Below are positions 11,131-21,018 of a stretch of DNA of 33,893 nt, in pieces; positions within the stretch are counted from its first letter, which is position 1; each line of letters opens with the position of its first letter. The notes beneath the pieces were generated by a model that saw only the letters and a list, made by a program, of their open reading frames with translations, had not been told where the DNA came from and did no database searches. Position numbers and translations under genes: made by a program. The stretch spans positions 1 to 33,893 of the forward strand of contig NW_005434427.1 of NCBI RefSeq assembly GCF_000315625.1. Reading direction: 5' to 3'. The DNA comes from Guillardia theta CCMP2712. Taxonomy: Eukaryota; Protista; Cryptophyta.

Positions 11131-12836
11131 TTACACAAGTTGCGTCCTCTCCGTTACCCTTCCGTATCCTGTCGTCTGTCCTTGCCCTGAGAAGGGCTCA
11201 AAACCTCCTGCTCCGCTCCCCCATGTGCTGTTGCCTCCTCCGCCTCCTCCCGGGTAGCTTCCGTAGGTGGCGCCATACCCGTAATGATATCCGCGACCGG
11301 CGCCCATGCGCTCCTCCTGCATGTGCGTTAGCTGGTCAGCAGGAGGAGGAGAGGAAGGAAAACGGAGAAACGAGGAAGAGGAAGGAGGAGGGAGGCAAGC
11401 AGACCTCTTCGAGCCGGTAAGCAGCATAGGCGGGTACGAGACAGGCGCATAGGCAGCAATTGAGCATCATAGCAAGTGTGAGCTCAATCCAGAATACATC
11501 CCCTGACCAAACATGTCACTTGCGTTCTGCTTGCCCCTCCACTCCCTTCACACCTCCTGCCCCTGCCCCCCCCCCCTCCATCAACTCCGATTTCCCCTCC
11601 CTCCTACTCGCAACCTTCCTCCCACGGCTCACCATTGTCATACGCGTAGATGTCCCAGTAGTAAGTAGCGACGTCGAGGGGGAGGAGGATTCCCACGTAG
11701 ATCAGTCCACATTGCCATCCTTGAGTGAGGGTGTTGAGAACAAAGATCAGCACAGTCACTGTCGGGCCCGAGATAGTCCACAGGAACCAAGCTCGAGCTG
11801 TCCACCAGTCCTTCACCCATGAGAACTCGTGCTTCTCCTCCTCCTTCTCTCCCTCCCCCCCCGTGCTGTTCGAAGCAAGCATCAGGCCCCCGTGTGCTCG
11901 GTGCATCCTCAGCCCTCCTCGAGCCCTCGATCCCAGCACTCGCTTCCCAACCTGGTACAGCTTCTGTTCTGGAGCCTTCGCTGCGTTGAAGGGGATCGTG
12001 TTCAAGTCGCTGCCGTCTCCTCCCATGCCGAAGTCCGAGTTCCCCTCGTCCTCGTCAGCAGTCTCGTCATCAGGTGGAAGTAGGCCCTCGGAGTCCGCTC
12101 CCTCCCCTCCTCCATGTTCTGACTTGGCGTGTGACGTTCTGCTCTTTGCCAGCTGGTGGATCTGACTCTTCATGTACTCCACGTGCTTCCTCGACGAGCT
12201 TGCAGAACCCTGACAGCACACGTGTCATGCACCTCAACCCCTCGAGGCATCTCCTCATCTTCACCTCCTCCGCCACTGAGCTCGTTGCTCGCATGTTCTT
12301 TTTCAGACGGCTTGCGACCTCCTTGATTGCACTTTGCGAATGCATCGCACTCTTGGCCGAAGCCGAGGCGTCACTGTCATGTGTCAGAGGAGAGGAGAGG
12401 AGAGGAGAGGAGAGGAGAGGAGAGGAGAGGAGAGGAGGGGAGGGGGGGGGAGAGGAGAGTTGTGGATGGGAGGGGATCGGAGAAGAAGAGAGGACAGGAC
12501 ACCAGGGGAGACGACGGGAGAACAGGGGAGGAGGGGTTCGGAGACGACTGGAGCTGAGGGGACGGGAAATTACGTTCCGCCCGGTAACTCGTCGACCTCA
12601 CGAGAAGTGTAGGTGCCGAACTTCTCTGCCCATCCAACACAAGACTTGAAGACCTTCAGGCATGTCAATACTATAGCGCACCTTGCTCGGCCAACATCAC
12701 CTGTGACATGTTGAAGGGGAAGACCAGTGCGTAAAACGGTAGAACGGGTAACGCATAACCCTGCTCCAGCAACGGATCCCACACACCGCTGTTCCACATG
12801 TTCTGCCTTCTGCAAGCTCATCAGGTCCCAGTCTGT
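11131..12836 (-). CDS. Hypothetical membrane protein with ~3 C-terminal TM helices and Gly/Tyr-rich tail (5' end near or in the gap)
   Basis: Spliced frame ...AWFLWTISGPTVTVLIFVLNTLTQGWQCGLIYVGILLPLDVATYYWDIYAYDNGEPWEE|GDVFWIELTLAMMLNCCLCACLVPAYAAYRLEE|EERMGAGRGYHYGYGATYGSYPGGGGGG...QLV*. Introns are canonical GT-AG. No recognised family. Confidence 0.6.
12386..12460. repeat. (GAGAG)n pentanucleotide microsatellite in intron
   Basis: Direct reading of a (GGAGA)n run. Similar runs occur at 13497-13655. Confidence 0.9.
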
Positions 12837-12936
12837 NNNNNNNNNNNNNNNNNNNNNNNNNNNNNNNNNNNNNNNNNNNNNNNNNNNNNNNNNNNNNNNN
12901 NNNNNNNNNNNNNNNNNNNNNNNNNNNNNNNNNNNN
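12837..12936. other. Assembly gap (100 N)
   Basis: N run; exactly 100 N suggests a placeholder of unknown true length. Confidence 0.99.
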
Positions 12937-12979
12937 TGGGCAAAATCTGTCGAGCTTTGTAAATCTGTGTGTGTTAGCA

Positions 12980-13793
12980 GGAGTGGATTCTTTCAATCAA
13001 TTTCGCAATGACGGCTCGTTCCTTGAGACTTTTCTGGCGCAACAAAAGAAGTCGGAGAGTTCTGACAAGCGCCAAGACAAAGATGAACATGCACGTGAGC
13101 GAAGGGACCGGGAGGATCGGAGGGACCGGGAGGACAGGAGGGACCGGGAGGACAGGAGGGACCGGGAGGATCGGAGGGACCCGCGAGGATCGGAGGGACC
13201 GGGAGGACAGGCGGGACCAGGAGGATCGGAGTAGGCCTGGAGACTGGACTTGTCCCCTGTGCAAGTAAGTCGAAAAGAAAAGAGAGAGGGGAGAGCAAGG
13301 GAGGGGAGAAGTACTGGGAAGGAGAGGGGAGGAGGGAATAGAGGTAGAGGTGTAGAGGGAAAGAGAAGCAGGAGGAAGGAGATGCTGATAGGAGATCCAG
13401 TGCTTCTGTCTTCGCCTCCAAGACTCATTGTTACCGATGCGGAAAGAAGCGAGACGTAAGTGTTGATTGATGTGCTTGATTGTCGTGATTGCGCTCGAGG
13501 AGAGGAGAGGAGGGGAGCGGAGAGGAGGAGAGGAGAGGAGACGAGGGGAGACGAGGGGAGACGAGGGGAGGAGAGGAGAGGAGAGGAGAGGAGGGGAGGG
13601 GAGGGGAGAGGAGGAGAGGAGGGGATAGGAGAGGAGGGGAGGAGAGGAGAGAGGAATGCAGGGGAGTGTGTAGGCATACCTCGACGATTGTAGAAGTGAG
13701 ACACCCTTGCCAGCAAGTGAAGAGAACGAGGAAGGGAACATGGAGTACTGGCAGATGAGCATGATCTATACATGGTTGTTAGTTCAAACATGA
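12980..13793 (+). CDS. RanBP2-type zinc-finger protein with NxFxNDGSFL motif and (REDRRD)n repeat; contains a 1-nt frameshift; 5' end in gap, 3' end uncertain
   Basis: The exon after the acceptor at 12977-12979 reads NQFRNDGSFLETFLAQQKK, then the REDRRD repeats. RPGDWTCPLCN|ASVFASKTHCYRCGKKRD is joined across a GTAAGT intron and fits W-x-C-x2-C-x10-C-x2-C. Confidence 0.75.
13109..13232 (+). repeat. 18-bp coding minisatellite (CGGGAGGA[T/C][C/A]GGAGGGAC), about 7 copies, encoding REDRRD
   Basis: Direct reading; one unit has an extra C at ~13181. Confidence 0.9.
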
Positions 13794-14289
13794 GTTACAT
13801 AGGGCGACAAGATCTATGTCCTAATCGGTAAACCAACTCAACAAAGGATTGGTTACCGCACTGAAAGAATTCCTCTCAGGATCCCGAGAGAGTCAGCTTC
13901 AGGGGATGGAGGACGGGGGAGGGAAGGAGACAGAGCGCAAAGAGGAGAGAGAATAGAGAACTTGAACACAAGAACCATACCAAGACAAGGTCAGGACTAC
14001 CAGAAAAACATAACACCACAGCATGCAGACAGAGGTCAGGAAACAAGTTCCACCTACTCTCCCTTCCTCCCTTCCACTCTCCTCCCCTCTGCCCTTCTCA
14101 CCTTCATTGCGATCAGGATGAGAGAAGAAACGGAGGCCATGGACTGCGCCATCGTCGCCCTCCGCCTCCTGCTTGTCTCCTCCTCCAACTCGTTCGCCAT
14201 TTATGCCATGTCCCTTCGCAGAGCCGTTCCGAGGGCCGTTAAACAATATAACGTTAATCGTAACCGTCACTGCTTTGTGTCCTCTATCG

Positions 14290-14440
14290 GTGAATTTAGA
14301 GGTAGGGTGGGGGTAGTATATGACCCGTTATAATATAATGATAAATTTAGATAATAATGGGTGGGGTGTTCATTGGTAGGGGTATTAATGATCCGGGGGG
14401 TGGTTCAATTCCATCGAACGCTGGGGTGACGCGGCAATGC
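14290..14440. repeat. Short GGGTA/GGGT-rich intergenic block with AT-rich centre
   Basis: GGTAGGGTGGGGGTAG, GGGTGGGGTG and GGTAGGGGTA motifs; same flavour as 19520-19830. Confidence 0.4.
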
Positions 14441-14745
14441 CGAAGTGAAGCGGAGGAGCAGAAGAAGAAGAAGAAGAAGAAGAGCAGCAAGAGCAAGAGC
14501 AAGACAACAACGAGGAAGACAGATTTAAGCTTTCAAGTGAAGTTGACTTGATCATTCATATTTGCTATCGGGAAATTCCAAAGGCTGGGAGCATTTGAGA
14601 CGGAGAATCCTAGACAGCAGCAGGACCTTCGGCTACATTACTTTCCTCGTATCCACTTGTAACCGCTACCAACTCTTAAAGACACGGAGAGCGACAAACA
14701 AATACAGCATGTCGATCTGGAAGCTGAGGCTTGGCTTGAATCCCT

Positions 14746-17005
14746 TCACTCTGTTGATCGCAGTGATCGTGGGTTTGTGCTTGGTAGTGAGCTATTTCTA
14801 TCTTCTCTCCTTCCTGCTCCAGGCAGGATCGCCAGATCAAGATTTCTCTTAGCTCCCTGATACTCGTCGCCTCGTTCGTGTTTTTCTGCTTCTAGCTTGC
14901 GCACGTGCTTGGTTGTGCCTCGATGCCTTCGCAGCAGACGGGGGAGAGACGGATAGGTGAACAGGAGCTGTTGGACATGAGAATGACGTAACTGATGTGT
15001 TTGAGTTTCTTCTCCTGTGAGACCTCAACTTGTTGTGGTGTGAGTACAAGTGTTGAACACAACAATCTGAACTGCTGTGAGAGAGCAGGCACGATGTACA
15101 TGTTGCAAGTTTCTTCACAGCGAAGAACCGCGCTTTCTACATCTACATGCCTCTAGACACGACGAACAGCTTGTGCCATCCCGTACCGACGAGCATACAG
15201 CTGGTGCATGCATGCATAGAAGGCCTCGTCCGCACACCCGTCCTCGTTGCAAGAGGCAGCGCCACAGGTTTCTGCTGAGTTGTCTACGAAGAGGAGCAGC
15301 GTGAGGTTGAAGGACAAAGCAGAGGAAGCAAACCTGCAGGGAGAGTGGAGAGAGGTCCTCCGCTCACTTCCACCACGGGATAGGCACCTTGCAAAGTCGG
15401 GTCATGTAACACCCAACGAGGGAGGCAGGGAAGAGGGTGGGAGGAGGGGGCAAGGGGATAGAGACTGGAACAGAGCAGGGGCAGGGGCAGGGGCAGGGGC
15501 AGGGGCAGGGGCAGGGACTTGAGTGCAGAGGGGAGGAGTACTCCGCCAAGTCACCTAGTGGTCCTGACGAAGCTTCTACCACCGGATAGCTGCCGAGCAT
15601 GCCGGAGGCCGGATAGTTCTCAGCTGGAAGGTTCTCCATGGGGTTCAGAGGAGCGTCGGGAAGGTCAGCCAAGGGTCCTGAACAGGCTTGTTGAGCTCGG
15701 TTGCTCCTTCCCCCCCCCCCCTCCCCCCCCCCTCCAAATAGCAGGCGCTCCCACCTCCGTTGCTCTCATCAATCACAGGCAGCGAGCCCAGGATACCCTC
15801 GGAGGAGGTGAGCATGTGGGGCAGCCGAGCACCCACGGCAGAGGCGCGGAGAGCACGCTTCTTTAACCAGATGATCCGCCGCAGCTGAGACTGCCGGACT
15901 CGCAGGCAGCTGAAGAACTGGAACGAACCTCCTTCACCTCCTTCCGACCTCACGGCCAACAGTCCTCACCTTCCTGTTGTCGCATCCTCTTCCCGCAGCA
16001 CACGCCCTGGCCTGCGACGTCCTCAGTCTCGGACAGACGAGCTGGTCCTCTTACCCCGCACGCTTGCAGCAGCTTCTGCGAGGGCGGCAGGACAGGACCA
16101 GAGGTTTGGCCCTTGCTTGCATCAGCTTGCTTGTCCTGGGGTGAAGGGAGGAGAGGTCTTTCAGTCCAGCAGGGCTCATCGTCCAAGACGATCGAACCTT
16201 GTCACTTTTGCCCTCATCGTCGTCGACGCCGGGAGGGAACACACCCTCCTCCTCAGCCTTGCTCTGTCACTGTCGTCACCCAACCAGCCTGCAGGCTCTT
16301 GGAACAAACCTCGTTCTTGCTCGCGGCCTGCTTCTGGTCCTGATCCGCATTACCGTCTGGAGGGAACACTCCTGTGCTGGCCGGCTGAGATGATGATGCC
16401 TGACGATGAAGCATGTCATTCGTGACCAGCAGCATGCTTGATCCGTCGCTGCATGCTGCAAGTACTCCATCTGTACCTGCGCGGGGGAGCCGGAGGATGA
16501 AGGCGCCTTGCCTGCCGCGGCAGGAGGAGACGAAGAACTTGAAGTAGCAGCTGCCGCCATGAAGGGTTCCAGTGCGAAATTTCTAACCAGCAAAGTCGGT
16601 CTCGTCAACTCCTGGTTCAAGCACGGAGAGGTCAGGGAGCTGGAGCAAAGGGCAGGAGCATGGAGTCGCAGCAGAGACAGGCGAGCGGGTGCGAGTCTGG
16701 GTTCACATTCAACTCTTGCATCGCAGGGAGGAGAACAAGGCTCCTCCAACACAACGGGACTCGTTCATCTCATACACAAACATGATGTCGTGTGTAGGAT
16801 TCTTACACACCTCCACCAACATCCCCCTAGGGCGTTCGACTTCAGCATAGAAGAGAGCAGCTCTCTGCACCCTCGACCGATACATGCTGGTTCCCACGTA
16901 CAGGCATGCGACACCTGCCGCCATCAGCAGCAGAGGCCCCGCCCATCCCTTCGCTCCTCGCGCCATCATTGCCAAGAGCCACTGTCTCATCCCCCTCAAC
17001 TCCAC
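14746..17005 (-). CDS. Hypothetical type II membrane or secreted protein, many short exons (exon structure and 3' end uncertain)
   Basis: ATG 17005 MELRGMRQWLLAMMARGAKGWAGPLLLMAAGVACLYVGT (TM). Protein-like spliced segments include repeated VFPP(D/G) and SYPVVE/GAYPVVE peptides separated by GT-AG introns. Confidence 0.45.
15474..15516. repeat. (GGGGCA)n hexamer microsatellite in intron
   Basis: Direct reading; also seen at 21432-21455. Confidence 0.9.
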
Positions 17006-17039
17006 TACCCCTAGTCCTCCCCATGTTTCACCCCACCCT

Positions 17040-17280
17040 CAGTCGCTGGCCCTACAGCCCCGGGCCCGCCGGAGAGTGACTGACAGGGCCCGGCGATTCA
17101 CTAGTACTCACCGGGGCCCGGGTGGCAGACCCGCGGCCCGCCGGGACTTGCCGTGACAGTCAGCGCGGCCCGGCGATCGGACGCGCGGCCGGTCCGGGCC
17201 TGAGCGGCTTCCCGGGCCCTAGTGGTCAGTGGTCCGAACTGGGAGCCGGGCCGTCACTGGCCGTGTGACACCCTGGCAAT
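17040..17280. promoter_or_regulatory. GC-rich CCGG/GGCC palindrome island immediately upstream of the 17005 ATG
   Basis: Repeated CCCGGGCCC, GGCCCGG and GTGAC/GTCAC/TCAGT motifs. Compositionally distinct from flanks; regulatory role is inferred from position. Confidence 0.4.
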
Positions 17281-17376
17281 GTTGAGAATATGGCCACAAT
17301 CTTGTTATTTTGGCAAACAAGCCTAAGACGTTACAAGGCAGTTGGCTAGGTAGAACCGGATCCGAACTGTCCTTCT

Positions 17377-19243
17377 ATCCCCTGAAATCAACATGGTATG
17401 AGGAGACTGGAAGCTCTTCTCCCTCCTGGCACTCCAGTACTACCTTCTGTTTGAGCGGCAGAGGAGGCACGAACGCTGGTCTGGGCTTGGCTTGTTGGCT
17501 CAATCTGCTTCGCTCCTGTTCATGACAGGCATGCATCAGGGCAAGAGAGGAACAGCGTCAGAGGCAGGAGAGCTTACATCCTCCGAGCTGATGTCTAGGT
17601 CTCCGTCCCTGCTCACACCCAGTCACTCGCCACCACAGCAAGGTTGTCCATCAGACTTCACCCGTCCATGCTTGATGACGGAACTCCAAACTGCTCGTTC
17701 CTCATCTGCATCCCCCCCACTGACGGGCCCTGCCCGGGGCAGCCCGGCGGGGCCGTTCCTCGGTAAGGCGAGTTATGATGATGTTGCTGGTTCGCTCCCT
17801 CGCTCCCGAACATCAAGGGACGACGAACACCGTTACTGCCGATATCATTCTGCGCGTAACGCTGCATCTTTTGTTCCAGCACATGCCTGCCGTCATTGTA
17901 CGGAGAGAAGGGCTTCGAGCCTGGAGGAGCTTGCGCAGGCTATCAAGGCACGCAGTGCACGTCAGATGGTTCCCTAGTCACCCAACACGATCTACCTTCC
18001 TGACCTCCCCAACAGCAGCAGGATAAATCCCCCGTTCTTGATAGTTGTTGCGAGCGTAAAGCTCATTTTGTTCGAAGTCCTGGTACTTGGAGCTGTGCTC
18101 AGGTTAGGAACGGCGACAACGACCGTCACACGGATACTTCAAGTTTGCCAGCTGATGTTCTGAGATGAACCCGTGCTCCTGATACTGTTGGTTTCGCTGC
18201 AAACAACAGTTTCAGAACCATCCAACAACCCAGAAGCCGAGGGAGGCCGCACCAAGACTCTTTGCGGATGCGCTGGAGACAGAGGCATTTGGATGGTGGC
18301 AAACTGCCTGCACGCATGATGAAGAGATGAAGAGACAGAGCTTGCATCTCACCGATCCCTCTTTTCCGGCATCAGGCCCCCGCGCTTGCTCTCCTGCTGC
18401 CAAGAAATCCTCCGTCAGGGGGCCACAAGGCAGCGAGGCGGTATGGAACCTCTCGTGTACAGCATTGGCCCATCGTCACCTCCCGTCAATGCAACGAAAC
18501 AATATTCCTCGTCCTGAACACCCATGCTCAGGAAGCCGCCATCAAGTGTGTGGTATAACCTTTCGCTATCCCCTCCACTTCCCTTCAACTGTGATGGTGT
18601 TCTGCAAGTCAAGGCGCAGTATTCGAATGGTGAGCAGCAAAAACCCATGAGCACCTGATAGAATGCATGGTATTACATCAGCATAATCAACATGAAAATC
18701 CTCCAACAGCAACACCACAACACTCCACTGCTCGTCCTCTGGCAGAGCTTCCGTTGCAAGGAACGCGGGCACAGACAACTCCATTGGCAAGAGTCCATGG
18801 CAGGCATCAGGGCTGCAGCCACGGCATGATACAGAGACATCATTTTTCATGAGGGAGACATGAGATCGAACGTCAAGTTCTTGATTCACATTTCAATGAA
18901 AGGACCCTTAACGCAAGCGGAGTTGCAATGGCACATGGCAACGTGATGAAACAGGTCAACATGATGTCTTAAGACAGGCAAACAACTAATGTGCGACTTT
19001 GAAATGAAGATCTTATCGGGAGACACAATGGTAGGGAGCTATCGTGAGGTTCATCCTATCGCCCAATTGTGGTCCACAAAATGTCCCCCATGGAAACAAC
19101 CAGAGAGCGTCGACAACATCACTTCAGAACCCGGCGCAGAGTCAGAATCTTACCTCATCCTGCTTGTTTTCGCTCTTATCCTCGTTGTTCCCCTCCTCCT
19201 CTCTTCCTGACTTCCCCTCCTCACGCGCGCCGTGTCGACGCCA
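17377..19243 (-). CDS. Hypothetical low-complexity protein, many short exons (boundaries uncertain)
   Basis: Protein-like spliced segments QPAQAPPGSKPFSPYNDGRHVLEQKMQRYAQNDIGSNGVRRPLMFG...SSMDG and QERSRLSQQAKPRPAFVPPLPLKQK. Multiple GT..CTGA..AG intron-like spacers; candidate ATG at 19243. Confidence 0.4.
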
Positions 19244-19519
19244 TTTCAAAACCCGCACCCAACATCGTTTTAATTTTGAAATCTTTCACGAATGGCTGTA
19301 ATCGACTCTCATGATTTCAACTTTACGAGCAAGGGTTGAAATTTATGGGGTGCTTAAAACTCATTATTGGCATTTACTCTGGTACAGATTATATATTTAC
19401 CTGATAACACATATATATTGTGGCAGACTCAAACATTTCATTTATATAAAATGATCTGTACAAAATTGATAGTCAATAGTCTAATAAAACATTTTAATGG
19501 TCTTGTTAAAACACTTTTA

Positions 19520-19830
19520 GTCTATAGGTGGTGACTCGACGGGGACAAATGACAGTAGTAGGTAGGGGTAGCCATGGGCTCTTTACATTGTCTGGGTGGG
19601 TGGGTATTTGTGTAGAGTAGGTAGGGGTAGTAAATAAGTTTGAGTGATGGGGTGAGGTGGGGCCAATAACCAAGATTTATGGTATACGACGTGGGTACTT
19701 TCATATCAATGATGGGGTAAATAGATATGAAGGGTGGGTAGTCCATCAATGAACTTTTGATATGGGTAGGGTGATATTTAGGTGGGGGTACATGTCTGGG
19801 GAGGTTTTTGGTTGGGGTTCAACCCTTGGG
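19520..19830. repeat. GGGTA-rich block (G-rich on + strand) preceded by AT-rich tract 19330-19520
   Basis: GTAGGTAGGGGTAG occurs twice (~19557 and ~19617), plus GGGTGGGTGGGTA, GGGGTA and GGGTAGGGTG. Reverse-complement flavour of the TACCC blocks. Confidence 0.55.
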
Positions 19831-20152
19831 AAGCCGAAATGACAGAAAATGATGACGAGGGAGGGGAGGAGGAGGAGGGGAGGGGAGGGGAGGGGAGGGG
19901 AGGAGCATGATGAAGAAGACAGGAAGGAGAAAGAAGTGGGAGTAACAAGCATGATCAGAGGGAGGGAAGGAGAGAGCTTTTCTGTTTAGCATCGAGACGA
20001 CAAGATGAGTCAGGAGAACATCTAAAACGAGACGGGAGGTGGTGAGGTAGTGGATGATGAGGACGAGGGTTAAGTGTAGGAGGAGATGCTGTACATCAAG
20101 ATGAAGATGGAGTGATTCGTGCATGACACCGCTGATGTGGTCCGCAGCTCCC

Positions 20153-20489
20153 ATGCCCATCGCTCTGGTGATCATCCCTCTCGTCCTCATCGGCGGGGTT
20201 GTAGGAGCCATCGGCTTCGCGTCGCAGGAGACGGATGACATGAGCCCTGCTGAACAGACCAAAAGGCTGAACTCGTGAGGGAGGAGGGAGGGAGGGGGGC
20301 GCGGTCGCTCACCTGGTTGCCATGGCAGGGAGGCGCGGGAAAGGATGGAGAGGGACGAAGAGCTCAGGAAGAAGATTGTGAGTTGGCGGCGACGCCATGC
20401 TGACTTGTCCCTGACTCTGCCTCCAGCTCGCGACAGATGTTTCCGGTGCCATGTACCGCGAGCAGTTGAAGGTCAAGGAAGCCAACTGA
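20153..20489 (+). CDS. 77-aa single-pass membrane microprotein (3 exons)
   Basis: Exons 20153-20274, 20329-20377 and 20427-20489 with 54- and 49-nt GTGAG..CAG introns give MPIALVIIPLVLIGGVVGAIGFASQETDDMSPAEQTKRLNSEARERMERDEELRKKILATDVSGAMYREQLKVKEAN* in frame. Confidence 0.75.
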
Positions 20490-20759
20490 GATTTTTCCTC
20501 CTTCGTCCTCTTCCTGTAAATTTTCCTTTTGATAAACTTGTGTCCGTCCTATGGAGGTTCTAGAGAGAGGGAGAGCGCGAGACAGAGAGGGAAGGAGGGC
20601 GAGAGGAAGCAGGGAGAGGGCAGGAGGGTGAGAGAGGGGGCAGGAGGAGAGGAGGAGAGTGAGAGAGAGGGAGCAGAGGAGAGGGTGGGGAGAGGGAAAA
20701 GAGACATCAGGGAGGGAGGTCAGGAAGATCGTGTCACGAGGAAATGTATATCAATGTGA

Positions 20760-20800
<41 letters not shown>

Positions 20801-20844
20801 AAGGAGCAGGAGCAGGAGCAGGAGAAGGAGAAGTTGAAGTTGAA

Positions 20845-20957
20845 GGAGCAGGAGCAGGAGTAGTAGAAGGAGATGGAGCAAACAGGCACAAATGGGATAG
20901 TTCTACATTTCTGCATGTTTACTTCACATGAGTTGAACATATTCTACACCTTCAAAC
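20845..20957. repeat. 113-bp dispersed repeat, copy 1, preceded by (GGAGCA)n from ~20761
   Basis: 107/113 identical by manual alignment to 26396-26508. Confidence 0.9.
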
Positions 20958-21018
20958 CTACTCGTTCCTCCTCTTCCGCTCTCCTCCCGCCTCCTCCAAT
21001 CGATTTCTCTGCTACTCA

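Noticed and set aside
13109-13232. Possible CRISPR-like array
   Set aside because: Contiguous 18-bp coding tandem repeat with no spacers and no cas genes, in a eukaryotic context.
12974-13791. 262- and 264-aa minus-strand Ser/Pro/Leu ORFs
   Set aside because: Antisense reading of GA-rich introns and the REDRRD repeat of the + strand gene.
14709-14852. Short + strand ORF with a TM-like stretch (MSIWKLRLGLNPFTLLIAVIVGLCLV)
   Set aside because: It overlaps the probable 3' end of the minus-strand gene and no supporting exon chain could be built.
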